A program made the translations under genes and the position numbers. Of a stretch of 64,000 nucleotides of DNA, positions 14,601 through 28,686 are shown piece after piece. The number at the start of each line of letters is the position of its first letter. The stretch's first letter is position 1. The stretch comes from Eledone cirrhosa (lineage: Eukaryota): the NCBI GenBank assembly GCA_964016885.1, contig OZ024744.1, positions 96,472,001-96,536,000 on the forward strand, read 5' to 3'. The notes under the pieces were generated by a model. It did not search any database. It was not told where the DNA came from and saw only the letters and a program-made list of their open reading frames with translations.

Positions 14601-15178
14601 TATATAGATTTGTGCTGTAATTCTTTATAGCACTCTTGATATTCTCTTCGTAAAATTGAAAATCTGACTCAGATATATTTATAATTTCTTTTTCGATTTT
14701 TTTAATCGTTTTCTCTTGTTTCCTCTCTTACAACTCTTGCTCTCTACTTCAACCTTTATTCATATTCAACACCTAAATATATCTGTGATAAGTGAAGTTT
14801 CGCCATATAACAATCATATTTATTTGAGCCACTGATGTCATTTATAACTGTATCTCTTTTTAGGACGTCATTAAATCTTTCTCACTGCCATAAACAATCT
14901 GTCTATTTTGTTTGGTAACGTCACCTTATTTCTTCAACTTTACAATCTACTTATAAACAGAATTTTAGATTTAATTAATGCAAACCCAAAAAAGAATTTA
15001 TACTCGAACATCTGAGACAAGCAATGTTAAAGATAGCAATCTATTAAATTTACAGTCGTAGCTGAAGTAGTCATCCATCATAAATATATAAAGATAGATA
15101 TCCAAGGAAATACACAGACATATCCAAGAAAACAATCCTGTCAAAGAAAGTTTTAATTTGCTAATACACGCACACACG

Positions 15179-15316
<138 letters not shown>

Positions 15317-15705
15317 CGCGCGCGCGCACACAAGACATCCATTTTCTACAATGTTTTCGCATATTTCTTCACAGATACAAATCCTTACCCTACGCAAATC
15401 CGCAGCTATCACCACACAGGCATCGCAACGACTCCATTCCCCACCACTTTAAAGTTGCTAATCAGTATCTCTACCGAACAAAACGTCAACACCCACATTG
15501 CTGAACTGTGATCCAGTCCTCGATTGCCCCCACCACCGCATCATTCCCGCAGGGAGCTACCTGTAGCACATGCACAATCCTCAATAGGCGAAAGAGTGGC
15601 CGAAACTATTTAGCGTCTGACGGTTTCCATAATCTCTCCTGTGACGGCTTGGAACGAGGGGCATCGAATGTGCTCTCAAAGTGGAAATACAGCGGCTGCC
15701 TCTTC

Positions 15706-16805
15706 TCGGACGCCATGCTTTGACGCATAGAGTTACGGCCCTTGCCATTCTGAGTTCAAATACCGCCGAGGTTAACTTTGCCTTTCATCCTTACGGGGTC
15801 GATAAAATAAAGTACCAGTAATGTACTGGGTAATTGCTGGCCTTGTGCCAATAGTAGAAACAATTATTCATTCAAAGGCGGTGGATTGGTAGTATCGGTA
15901 GAGGGTCGGACGCCATGCTTTGCAGCAAAGAGTTACGGCCCTTTATGGTCTGAGTTCAAATCCCGTCGAGGTTAACTTTGCCTTTCATCTTTACGGAGTC
16001 GATAACATAAAGTACCAGTAATACACTGGGATAATTGCTGGCCTTGTGCCAAAAGTAGAAACAATTATTTATTCAAAGTAATCCAACTTATTTTACTAAC
16101 GAGATAAAAATATATATTCAGGATGCAGTCCCGCACTCATCCCTTTATTATAGTTAAGATAGTGACTTTCTGGGTGAGGTTTAGAAACGTTTGTGAATCG
16201 TAGGCCATACTTCTTGGACATTGTGAATGGTCATTAGGGTTTCAGAAGAAGATAGAGGAAGAAAGAAGGAAAGAACAAATATAATCATAATAATTGTTTC
16301 TACTTTTGGCATAAAGCCAGCAATTGTTCCAGTGTATTACTGGTACTTTATTTTATTGAACCCGTAAGGATGAAAGGCAAAGTTAACCTCGGCGAGATTT
16401 GAACCCAGACTGTAAAGAGTCGTAACTCGATGCTGCAAATCATGGCGTCCCACCCTCTACGGATACTGCCAATCGGAACAATTATTATTCATAATAATAA
16501 TAGAGTACTAGGTACTATCTCGAAGAGTTTTGAAGGATGGTTAAAGAACATTAGTCCAGCCCCCTTTTTTGGAACACTTCAAAAGGCATTTTGCTGGGAA
16601 CAGCAAGAACCCTCCCATACGTCCTGAATATCTGAGGCTACAGGTAGTGGCTTGATATTCATTTCAACAAACTTTCCAGTTAAATAACATCAATGACTGA
16701 GACTCAAAGAACAATAATAATAATAATTGTTTCTACTTTTGGCACAAGGCCAGGAATTATCCCAGTGTATTACTGGTACTTTATTTTATCGACCCCGTAA
16801 TGATG
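15706..16805. mobile_element. SINE cluster: 15706-15868(+), 15877-16068(+), 16292-16472(-), 16726-16805(-, partial)
   Basis: Same A/B boxes and core as the family consensus. Confidence 0.85.
16502..16713 (+). mobile_element. Short Dong-like family A 3' fragment
   Basis: Matches 4628-4838 and is flanked by (TAA)n. Confidence 0.8.
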
Positions 16806-17347
16806 TAAGAAAAAGAAGACAGAAGAAAAAGAAGAAAAAGAAGAAAAAAGGAGAAGAAGAAAAAGAAGAAGAAAAAGAAGAAAGAAGAAGGGGAAGAAGA
16901 AAAAGAAGAAGGAGAAAAGAAGGAGGAGAAGAAGAAGAAGAAGAAGAAGAAGAAGAAGAAGAAGGAAAGAGATGATAGAAGAAGAAAAAAGAAGAAAAAT
17001 GAAGAAGAAAAAGAAGAAGAATAAGAAGAAGAAGAAGAAGAAGAAAAAGAAGAAAGATGATAGAAGAAGAAGAAAAAAGAAGAAAAAGAAGGAAGATGAT
17101 AGAAGAAAGAAGAAGAAGAAGAAGAAGAAGAAGAAGAAGAAGAAGAAGAAGAAGAAGAAGAAGAAAAAGACGAAGAAGAAGCAGAAGAAGAAAAAGAAGA
17201 AAAAAGAAGTAAAAGAAGAAAGAAGAAGAAGGAGAAGAAGATGGAGAAGAAGGAAAGAGATGATAGAAGGAAAAAAAGAAGAAAAAAGAAGAAGAAAAAG
17301 AAGAAAAAGAAGAAAAAGAAGAAAAAGAAGAAGAAGAAGAAGAAGAA

Positions 17348-17378
<31 letters not shown>

Positions 17379-17410
17379 AAGAAGAAGAAAAAAAAAAGAA
17401 AAAAAAAGAA
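16806..17410. repeat. (GAA)n-type polypurine tract
   Basis: Direct reading. Confidence 0.95.
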
Positions 17411-17494
17411 ATAGCCATCAGAAGAGACTATACTGGCATCGACGAGAAACAGCAAATATAGAACAAAGGAGACAATTCAAAAATCAGAAGCAAA

Positions 17495-17537
<43 letters not shown>

Positions 17538-17865
17538 AAAAAATAAATAAATTAAAAAAAATGCAATTATTAAAATTAGTTGACACCGAAGGGAGCTAGA
17601 GTTGTTCATTTATGTATATATAGTGTGAATATGGTGTGTTGTAAGATTTGGTGTTTTTTGATATTTTTACATTTGATTGTTTGTTTCCAATTATGTTTTT
17701 CATGTTTCCACCACAGGATATTGTAAACGTATATGTTGCTAGCGAATGACTCTTCTGTAATGAAGAATGAAAAGTGATATCATTTGAACAGAGATTTGTT
17801 TATAGTTTATAGGAGAATATAAAACAAAACAGGATTTTTTTGGGGGGGAGGGGGTGTTTAGTGAA

Positions 17866-17985
17866 GGCGTGGTGTGGCTGAGTTGTTAGAGAATTGGATT
17901 CACAATCTTGAGGTTGTGAGTTCAATTCCTGGACCGGGCGATGCGTTATGTCCTTGAGCAAGACACTTTATTTCACGTTGTTCCT
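17866..17985 (+). mobile_element. Head of a second tRNA-derived SINE family; related copy at about 61095-61190(-)
   Basis: A box tggctgagttg, B box gagttcaattc, core gtccttgagcaagacactt. Confidence 0.65.
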
Positions 17986-18049
17986 TCGAGCTGGAGTTGG
18001 GACTGATAGATAGATAGTATTAGCAATTGGAAAGAACGACGAAAACATT

Positions 18050-19960
18050 GGTTGGTAGTTTGGTAGGTTGGTAGGTAGGTATTGGTACGTTGGTAGGTAG
18101 GTATTGGTAGGTTGGTAGGTAGGTATAGGTAGGTTGGTAGGTAGGTATTGGTAGGTTGGTAGGTAGGTATTGGTAGGTTGGTAGGTAGGTATTGGTAGGT
18201 TGGTAGGTAGGTATTGGTAGGTTGGTAGGTAGGTATTGGTAGGTTGGTAGGTAGGTATTGGTAGGTTGGTAGGTAGGTATAGGTAGGTTGGTAGGTAGGT
18301 ATTGGTAGGTTGGTAGGTAGGTATTGGTAGGTTGGTAGGTAGGTATTGGTAGGTTGGTAGGTAGGTATTGGTAGGTTGGTAGGTAGGTATTGGTAGGTTG
18401 GTAGGTAGGTATTGGTAGGTTGGTAGGTAGGTATTGGTAGGTTGGTAGGTAGGTATTGGTAGGTTGGTAGGTAGGTATTGGTAGGTTGGTAGGTAGGTAT
18501 TGGTAGGTTGGTAGGTAGGTATTGGTAGGTTGGTAGGTAGGTATTGGTAGGTTGGTAGGTAGGTATTGGTACGTTGGTAGGTAGGTATTGGTAGGTTGGT
18601 AGGTAGGTATTGGTAGGTTGGTAGGTAGGTATTGGTAGGTTGGTAGGTAGGTATTGGTACGTTGGTAGGTAGGTATAGGTAGGTTGGTAGGTAGGTATTG
18701 GTAGGTTGGTAGGTAGGTATTGGTAGGTTGGTAGGTAGGTATTGGTAGGTTGGTAGGTAGGTATTGGTAGGTTGGTAGGTAGGTATTGGTAGGTTGGTAG
18801 GTAGGTATTGGTAGGTTGGTAGGTAGGTATTGGTAGGTTGGTAGGTAGGTATTGGTAGGTTGGTAGGTAGGTATTGGTACGTTGGTAGGTAGGTATTGGT
18901 AGGTTGGTAGGTAGGTATTGGTAGGTTGGTAGGTAGGTATTGGTACGTTGGTAGGTAGGTATTGGTAGGTTGGTAGGTAGGTATTGGTAGGTTGGTAGGT
19001 AGGTATTGGTAGGTTGGTAGGTAGGTATTGGTAGGTTGGTAGGTAGGTTGGTAGGTAGGTAGGTAGGTATAGGTAGGTTGGTAGGTAGGTTGGTAGGTAG
19101 GTAGGTATTGGTAGGTTGGTAGGTAGGTATAGGTAGGTATAGGTAGGTAGGTATTGGTAGGTTGGTAGGTAGGTTGGTAGGTAGGTAGGTAGGTATAGGT
19201 AGGTTGGTAGGTAGGTTGGTAGGTAGGTAGGTATTGGTAGGTTAGGTTGGTAGGTTGGTAGGTTGGTAGGTTGGTAGGTAGGTATAGGTAGGTTGGTTGG
19301 TTGGTAGGTAGGTATTGGTAGGTTGGTAGGTAGGTATTGGTAATTAGATTGGTAGGTTGGTAGGTTGGTAGGTAGGTATTGGTAGGTTGGTTTGGTAGGT
19401 TGGTAGGTTGGTAGATTGGTAGGTAGGTATTGGTAGGTTAGGTTGGTAGGTTGGTAGGTAGGTAGGTTGGTAGGTAGATATTGGTAGGTAGGTATAGGTA
19501 GGTTGGTATTGGTAGGTTGGTAGGTAGGTAGGTTGGTAGGTAGATATTGGTAGGTTGGTAGGTAGGTATTGGTAGGTTAGATTGGTAGGTAGATTGGTAG
19601 GTAGGTATTTGGTAGGTTGGTATTGGTAAGTTGGTAGGTTGGTAGGTAGGTTGGTAGGTAGGTATTGGTAGGTTAGGTTGGTAGGTTGGTAGGTTGGTAG
19701 GTTGGTAGGTTGGTAGGTAGGTATTGGTAGGTTGGTATTGGTAGGTTTGTAGGTTGGTAGGTAGGTTGGTAGGTAGCTTGGTAGGTTGATATGTGGGTAG
19801 TTAGATAGATAGGTTGATAGATAGGTAGATAGGTAATTAGGTTGGTAAGTAAGTTGGTAGGTTGGTTGGTAAAAAGGTAGGTAGGTAGGTTGGTAAGTAG
19901 GTAGATAGGTAGGTTGGTAGGTAGATAGGTAGTTAGTTAGGTTTGTAGGTAGATAGGTGA
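18050..19960. repeat. 22-bp G-rich satellite (attggtaggttggtaggtaggt)n decaying into (TAGG)/(TTGG)
   Basis: Homogeneous to about 19040, then degenerate. Confidence 0.95.
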
Positions 19961-20229
19961 GTGAACGTTAGAGAGAAACAATTCGGATTAGTGCGGAAAA
20001 CAAAACAACCTTCCGATTCCCCAACCAGAGGTCGCTTTACTAGAAATCTCTTTGTCTATACACGGTATCAAGTTTTGCTGACGTCAAGGATTGCTACTTT
20101 GCTTCTATAAAATCGAACAGAGAAAATATGTTTTATTAGATGGAAGAAGGCAGGCTTTCACTCAGTCTGGTTTTTATAGAAACTATACTGCTGAATAGTG
20201 AGTATGGAGACGGTTTCAGTCACAAAACA

Positions 20230-23200
20230 AATAATAGCTAACTAGCTGATCACGTGGTAATTCCATGATTTAACCACCACTAAGCATTAAAGATCCAATC
20301 TATCCACCTCTCCGCCACAAATCAAAGCCGACACTATGCGAAGGACTGTGACTTTTCGCACGATTTCGAACACTCAAAAAAACCCGGCTTTCCTTACTCA
20401 AAGCGAAATAGAAATAGTCTTGAAAGAGGGAATGCCACACATACACTTCATACAAAGGGCTAAACTATATAGAAGCATTTCGGTGCTCTTCAAAAGTGAG
20501 GCCCTTGCTAAAAAATACTCAGTGACCCCGGTCACCTCTGCCACGCACACCTTTTTCTCTACATACATAGGAAAAATAACACAAAAAATAAACATTACCA
20601 ACATACCACCCAACATCAACATCTGGTGGATTCTGGCAGGGTTCTTGGAGGAGGATGAAGACACAATACTGTCGATTCAAAAATCCACAAGAAACACCTG
20701 GAACGGCACAACCTTTGGAAATTTTGGTCAGAATTTCCAAGATACCAGAAAGGGTGCCAGTAGACAATACAAACTATATACAGATTTCGGCACATCCGGA
20801 AGGAGGCCACATTGTTTTAAATGCACAAGCACATCGCATTTAAAGGCCTCCTGTAACCTCTTACGACCCCCCCCCCCCCCCCCAAGTACTTTTACCAACA
20901 ACAACACCAAAATCACAACAACAACAACAACACACAAAACAAACAAACACACAAAAACAAACAACTGCTCAACCACAAACAACAGAAAAAACACAAACAA
21001 TTCCCCTGAAAAACACAGTCCCACCCCATCCCACTCCATCCAACACTACCACAATCACACACACAAACACACCATCACCACACAACATACCCCTCCCACA
21101 CGCCCCTGATGACGATTCATCGTCAGACGAGGCTACTTCTCCCATCCCAAGTGAAGATGAAGGAGAGCCTCGGAAATAAAAAAAAAACAAAAAATGAGAC
21201 ACCACAAAGCCCCAAAAACAACAATCACCAACACGAACACACAACCACCAACAACAAAACACCACCACAATAACCCCTCTCCCTACCCAGCAAAACAAAC
21301 AGTCAACACCACCCCCAAACACACAAATGCCCACCATAAAAAAACTACAAAATGAACAACAAACCAAAACAACACAACACAAAAAACAAACAACAATACA
21401 CATACATTAACACAAACAACAAAAACCTAATGGAGGTCACCTCCCAAGACCCCAAAGTAGAAACTGAGGGGAAAATCTTTGTCAAGTCAGACTCTGCACC
21501 ACATCTAAAACTGATAAGGGTTTCGATAGAAACCTATTAGAAACTAAAGGAACAATTTTCGCAGGACGTCGGAAACCCCTGCCAAAACCCATAAATCACG
21601 TCCTTTTCGTTCCTTTTCGTCCTTTCGCAAACTCTTCCTCACCCAGCATGGCTAATTTACGAGTTTGAAGTGGGAATGTACGTGGCCTAAGGATGCCCTG
21701 GAAACAGGGCAAACTTTAAAACGACCTTAGGTCACACAGTATGGATGTCATAGCCATCACCGAGTCCAGGATCCACAACAGCAGCAACTAAGCCCCATCT
21801 TCAATGACTTTGAGATCTAACGCATCTCTCTGTCAGCCAGGAGGTGGGAGGGGGAGTGGTTGTTATGTTTCAGAAAAACCTGGACCTCGAAATACAGCAA
21901 GATACACTTGGACCCGGATGGTAGAATGGTAATCCTAGACGTGAACAGTATTGGAGGTGGAGCCTTCAGACTGGTGGCCGTTTATGCCTCGACTGGGCAA
22001 TCGCAGCCAGATTTCTTTAAGCGTCTAGAGTCTTTTCTAGGAACGTCTCGCTCCTTGCTTTTAGTGGGGGGACTGGAATGGTATCCTAGACGCACGTTGG
22101 GATTATGTAGGAACATGTACCAGTAGAGGGGGGTGCAACAGCATCAACAATTTAATCGGCCAATTCTAACTGGCCGATAGATATCGACTAGATTTCCCGA
22201 CTGCACCACAAGTGGACGTGGACAAATCTTAGCGGGACATCTAGATCGTATTTAGATAGGTTCTTTATTAGAGAAAGAGGAAAATGTTAAGCTGTCCACA
22301 AATCTACATGGTTGCCCTATTGAAACCATAAACTACTCACCTGCATAGTCAACTATGATAGAACACATAGAGAAGGACCCGGATTTAGGAAGCTGAACAT
22401 GTCGTTACCGACGCGTAAAGCCCTACTGTAGACGGATAAGTGGATTAGATAAGCAACAGTTGACGGAGCCATCGTCAACAATAGATGGTGGTACTCTCTC
22501 TAGAGAGCAATTAGAGTAGAGTCGATAGCTTTTAGCAAAGAACGAGCCTTAGAGAAAAACAAGACAGAAAAGAACTAGTTGTCAAGGTAGAGGGGGCGCT
22601 TAGGATTGGCAACGCAGCTAGAGTGCTAGCAACGAGAACGGCACTAGACTAGTTCTTCGATGCAAAACGCGAAGGCTGCGTAGTCAGGAGTAGATCACGT
22701 GCTCTAGGAAACGCGGGAGCAAAAGCTGTTAGCTGGGCCCGATTGGCAGAGGCGAAAAGTCCACTATTTAGTCTTTGAAAGCCCAAAACGGACGCGTGCT
22801 ACTTGACTCCAAGCGGATATGCACGGCCTTTCAGCGGCACTTTGCGTAACTGTTCGAGCAGAGTGGCGGTGCGCCGAACGAGGCAATGGACTGCGCGTCT
22901 CTTGAGCATGGACGCCGAGTTCTGCGAAAGACGATCACAGCCACTAAGATACGGGACACTCTGGGCCGCTGCGGGAAACGCAAATCACCCTGTCTAGATG
23001 GTTTACCCTATGAGTTTTACATAGGTATGCCGGACTTGTTCTCTGGCATCCTCGAAGTCGTCTACTGCAACTGGCAACAGAACGGGACATAACTCTCCTA
23101 AACACAGAGTTAAAGATTTTGACCAAGGTGTTGGCAACGAAGTTGGCGCTTGTCGTCGAGAACCTGGTAGGGAAAGCGCAAACGTGTGCAATCCCGACCA

Positions 23201-24712
23201 GGTCCATATAACCTCCACCTCATACGATACATCATAGAGATGGTGGGGTGTAAACCCGGCTTCGGTGGGGCTCTGATCAATTCAGATCAGTCTAAAGCAT
23301 TCGATAGGCTCGACCATCGATACTTGGAAGCGGTTCTCAAGGCAGCCGGTTTCGGACCCGTCTTCAGAGGCTGGATCGCCGCAATGCACACCAACATCTG
23401 CTCGATGGTCAAGGTGAACGGCTACCTATCGGAGCCGTTCGCAATCACGCGTTCCATCCGAGAGGGGTGCCTTCTATCCTCCATTCTGTACGTACTGACT
23501 CTAGAGCCACTACTGCGGAAGTAGGAGCTGCTGCNNNNNNNNNNNNNNNNNNNNNNNNNNNNNNNNNNNNNNNNNNNNNNNNNNNNNNNNNNNNNNNNNN
23601 NNNNNNNNNNNNNNNNNNNNNNNNNNNNNNNNNNNNNNNNNNNNNNNNNNNNNNNNNNNNNNNNNNNNNNNNNNNNNNNNNNNNNNNNNNNNNNNNNNNN
23701 NNNNNNNNNNNNNNNNNNNNNNNNNNNNNNNNNNCGGAGACAGAAGAAGATGGGCGCTTGGCACATTGAATGCGCTCAGGCGCTCACAGTCCTCTGTCAA
23801 GCCGGCGCAGCAATCAGTGGAGACTCCACTTCGACATTCTATAGAGGGATTGTACGTTACAAAGGCGACGATGTGCTCGGAGAGACTCTAGGCGTCGAAG
23901 ACGATGAGCTCACCAGTCTGTTTGGTAGGACTTTCCGCCCGGAATCTATGGAAAACTTCCAGAGGTCCCTGGCCTGGCAGTGCTACCGAGGAGCTCTACC
24001 CGTTCGTGACAAGATCTACAGGCATGGACGCCCCGGCAGGGATCCTTCCAAGATGACGTGTCCAAGATGAGGGCAGGACATTGAAACTGTCTTGCACGCA
24101 ATTGTACACTGTCCGGGCGTAACCGACCTGTGGATCTACACAGAACAACTGCTGTCGCGTATGGGACAAATCAAGTTGACTGCCGAGTCCATAGTAAGGA
24201 TCAAACCGCCAACCTCTTTCAAAAACGAAAGAGAGGCGGTTTTCCTCTGTATAGTGGCTATGGTGAAAGAAGTGATATGGTGGACGAGATTGAGAGGACT
24301 GAGGACAGATGCCTTTCTCTCCGGACAACAACTCATTCCCTTCTTTAGTTACCACTTTAGAAGGAGAATCAGAGTGGAGAGAGAGAGAGAGACACTGTAA
24401 ATTTACTGAAAGGTGGGTGAATGTGGCAAAATTGGCCCAAGTGATTGGGCCTTTTCTGTTTATAGACCTGTAGGGTGAAGAAGAGAGCAAAAGGAAGAAA
24501 GGAGAACTTGCACAACACGCTCATGGAGTTGAGGGTTGTTCTATCGACAGGGTATCAAACAACCCATTTGTGGCGCCTCCCCCACTATTGGGGATTTCGA
24601 TTGTTATATTTGTTAGTTTCATATTTTTTACACGACTGTATGTAAAATCCTCGGCATGTGTCTTTGTATTGTCCCCTTTTCTTGTGCGCCCTTGTGGCAA
24701 ATAAAGAAATAT
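20230..24712 (+). mobile_element. Near full-length decayed Tx1-clade LINE: ORF1 with zinc knuckle, then APE, RT and zinc finger; spans a 200-N gap (23535-23734)
   Basis: ORF 20336-21109 contains CFKCTSTSHLKASC. APE start atggctaat...GNVRGLR at 21648. RT motifs at 22886-23524 (DQSKAFDRLDH). C-terminus at 23750-24470 is homologous to 6374-8845. The 5' boundary is approximate. Confidence 0.85.
23535..23734. other. Assembly gap (200 N)
   Basis: Run of N. Confidence 1.
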
Positions 24713-24724
24713 ATCTATCTATCT

Positions 24725-24970
24725 AGGGCGGGTAAAATTCCTGATCCATGGACGAGTTCTTTCCAGTGGTCTATGTCCTATATCATCGCTGCTATGTCCC
24801 GCATCTCCCGGAGACCAGTGTTGTCCTTAGGGCAGGCATCAACATATGTCATCCACGGTTTCTCTTTTCCAGTGTGTCCGTATAGGGGCTCTAACAGGAT
24901 CACTGAGTGTAGTGTCAGCTCTCAGTGTCGGTGGACATGATCCAGCAAACTTCAGTCTCATCTGAGAACC
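24725..24970 (-). mobile_element. RTE-type LINE 3' fragment
   Basis: Frameshifted RLKFAG-HVHRH..EPLYG..KPWMTYVD..D..W. Confidence 0.6.
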
Positions 24971-25109
24971 AATATGACATTTTAAATGTTATATAAAAGT
25001 TATATTCTTCATACACACTTTAATATAATTGTCTGAAATAAAATAAAAAAAAATCGCAGACATAATTTCGAAAGCACGTTCGAAATGCTTCTTCCGGCAT
25101 GGCTCTCTC

Positions 25110-25251
<142 letters not shown>

Positions 25252-25596
25252 CCTCTCTCCTTTCCTCTCTCTCTCTCACATACACACGCACCATATCTTT
25301 TATCCACAGCGTGACTGACTCGTACACCAGCTATTACATTAAGAATACAAGTGTATGTGGAAAGCTCAGTCATTTGAATGACATTAATTCACAAGCATGA
25401 TGTTCTGTTGATTGAACAACACTCATCATCGTCGAAACCGACTGAGGTCCTTCCCTTTCATTGTGTCTGCGCAGAGTGGAATTGAAAGGAATTCTACTTC
25501 TGCTTTTGGTGATGATAAGACATTGTGAATTTTGGTTTGACAAGCGATTACACGGCCTACTATGTTTGTAACCTAGAATATGAGAAAGCCTTAAAG

Positions 25597-25983
25597 ATCA
25601 TTTACTATAATTGTTTCTACTTTTGGCACAAGACCAGCAATTATACCAGTGTATTACTGGTACTTTATTTTATCGACCCCCTTAAGGATGAAAGGCAGAG
25701 TTAACCTCGGCGGGATTTGATCATAAAAGGGCGTAACTCTATGCTGCAAAGCATGGCGTCCGACCTTCTTATGATATTGCCAATCCACTGTGGTGAATTG
25801 GCAATATCGGTGGAGGGTCGGACGCCATGCTTTCCAGCATAGTCGCGTCCCTTTACGGTCTGAGTTCAAATCCCGTCGAGATTAGCTTTGCCTTTCATCC
25901 TTACGGGGTCGATAAAATAAAGTACCAGTAATGTACTTGGTAATTGCTGGCTTTGTGCCAAAAGTAGAATCATTTACTATAAT
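25597..25983. mobile_element. Head-to-head SINE pair within a single 15-bp target-site duplication
   Basis: SINE(-) at about 25612-25789 and SINE(+) at about 25791-25968. atcatttactataat at 25597-25611 and 25969-25983. Confidence 0.8.
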
Positions 25984-26367
25984 GAAGTATATTTCGCTAC
26001 TTCAATGATAATCTTGTATGCATTAACATTTAACGTCCTGTAACACATGAGCAAGACATTCTTGATAAGTAGAAAGCAACACTATGACTTCAATTTTCAC
26101 ATTGAAAATTAACCCGTTTGATACCAAACTACATGAAACCACCACTGGTTCCACAATGCAAAGTTGTATGTTTTAAAGTATTTATATTCATCTGCAAATC
26201 TTCTATCATAATTTTATGTAAGAATATTTGTTAAGTTATGCTCCATACACCAGCTCAGTATTGAGAAACTTAAATAATTTCAAAATTACTCGAAAACCAT
26301 AGATAGTGTTCTTAATTAGAAATATGTTAATGAAAGGATTAATGTTTTTATTCAAATATTGCAAATA

Positions 26368-26780
26368 GTCACAGCAATCTGTCCTAGTAACGATACTATA
26401 AACATTTGAATTAACAAAGCTATTTTAAAATATTTACTGTTAAATAATTACAGGATGTTAAGAGATAACACTACAAATGTTCACAGCAATCTCTCCTAGT
26501 AACGATACTATAAACATTTGAATAAACAAAGCTATTTTAAAATATTTACTGTTAAATAATTACAGGATGTTAAGAGATAACACTGCAAATTGTCACAGCA
26601 ATCTCTCCTAGTAACGATACTATAAACATTTGAATAAACAAAGCTATTTTAAAATATTTACTGTTAAATAATTACAGGATGTTAAGAGATAACACTGCAA
26701 ATTGTCACAGCAATCTGTCCACGAGTAAAGATACTATAAACATTTGCATTAACAACTGTTTATAGATATTTTCTGTTAAA
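26368..26780. repeat. ~112-bp tandem repeat, about 3.6 copies
   Basis: tcacagcaatct recurs at about 26369, 26481, 26593 and 26705. Confidence 0.9.
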
Positions 26781-27810
26781 TAATTTCAGAAGTTAAAGTA
26801 GTGATTGGCCGTTTCTCAGTTTATGTGAGAGTGCAATAGTCTCCTGATGTTTTAGGCTCTATTAAGTATTTCTTACCCTAAAAGCTACATTACAAATATG
26901 TATGAATTGTTAAGATGTTGCTTGATTGCGAGTGTGATTTGTGATAAGGAGAGTTTTCTTCACAGTCTTAGTTGTCTTGAATGTGTCGACAATGAAGCTC
27001 ACTTACAGTCAAGAGTAGTAATAATAAATTACTTAACATTGTAAAGTCTGGAGATAAGCTCTAGACTGGTGACATATGTGCTAATTATATACTTAAGCAT
27101 TTAAAGATTAGCAACCAAGTCGCTACAGCACATAAACATAAACTGTCGAATCGATGGTTAGTTCAGTGGGTAGTTTACGGTTTTTAAATTGATAGTAGGC
27201 CATAGTGTGATACTTTACCCTCATTTGCGCATAATTGTTAATTTAGCCAAAGCAGAGAAACCACATTGTTAGGCCCGGTTATACATTTATCAAGAACGTG
27301 TTTCCTGTTTATACAGAAACCTCTCTCGCGATAAGAGAAATCAAACCAGTTCTTCTGACACACCATCAATCATGCTTTATTTCATAATGCGAGGTTAGTA
27401 ATATGCAATAGGGACTCCACGCAAAGTGTTCTGCTCGTTAATGGAAAACATGAGTTATAATTAGCTTTTCTCCATTTCCATATCATTACCGGCTTCATAT
27501 ATTGCAGAACAGAGTAACCATCGATGAAGCTATTATTTCAAACGGAGCGATTTATTACCTAATGTACAGAGAAGCAACGAGTTGGTTACAGCTGTAGAAC
27601 ATCCGACCAAACGCCTTAGAGTGTTTAAAGCTGTTCCTTTATTTCCCGTGTTCAAATCCTATTGTAGTTGACGTTACTTTCCGTATATTTGGTGTCGATG
27701 TAGGAAGTACCAGTGATACACTAATGTCGAAATCAATCAGTTATATTCTGAGTTAATTTGATTTGTATTTTTTAAAAGAAAGACGCCATTATATTATCTA
27801 ATTTAAATTA

Positions 27811-28022
27811 GGGTGGTGGATTGGCAGTATCATTAGAGGGTCGGACGCCATGCCTTGCAGCATAGAGTTACGGCCTTCTACAGTCTGAGTTCAAATCCCG
27901 CCGAGGTTAACTTTGCCTTTCATCCTTACGGGGTCGATAAAATAAAGTACCAGTAATATATTGGGGGATCGACTTCCGCATCTCCCAAAGTTACTGGCCT
28001 TGTGCCTAAACTAGAAATCATT
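27811..28022 (+). mobile_element. tRNA-derived SINE
   Basis: Full A box, B box, core and tail. Confidence 0.85.
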
Positions 28023-28686
28023 ATATTATCAAACTTAAACAATCAAATGAATTTCTTCCGAACAGAGCTCACTGACATAGACAGCTTAGCTAGTTACTGA
28101 AGAAGGGACTTGTAAAAACAACTCATAGTTTATTCCACTGTTTGAATTAAATGTATTACATTTTAAAGTAGGGAACTGGCAACGTCGGTTAAAATGCTTC
28201 ACATTATTCGTTCCAGACCTCTGTGCTGTCTGAGTCCAAATCCTGCCGGCGTCCACTAGCTTTTCACACTTTCAAGATCAATAAATAAAGTATCAGTCCA
28301 GTAGTGAGATCCATTCTTCCTCACTATCTCTTCTTTCTCTCTATCACATACACACTCTTATCTCTTCTTTCTCTCTATACACACACACCCACATTCACAC
28401 ACACACACACTCTATCGCTTTCTCTGGTAGAAATTAGCAGTGTTCAGATGCGGAGGGAGGATGGGCTCTGGCGGGTTTTAAGTACACAGGACAGGCCATA
28501 TACCAATATGGCACCCCTACGATTCCATCTGGAGTTAAGGACCCATGGGTGGGATTATCATTTTCCGACACAGAACTTGACTAATTTCTTCACAACATGT
28601 AAATGGTCTGAGATAGAAGAAATTTAACCTACTGCTTGGTATCATGTATATAGTCTAAAACACAGCACTCGAATTATACATTCTTT

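Noticed and set aside
15877-15970. tRNA genes
   Set aside because: The A and B boxes belong to SINE heads; there is no cloverleaf, and they are always followed by the SINE body.
18050-19960. Interstitial telomere
   Set aside because: The unit is not TTAGGG or TTAGG; it derives from (TAGG)n.
26109-26343. piggyBac-like MITE (ttaaccc..ggattaa)
   Set aside because: Terminal repeats are too degenerate to call.
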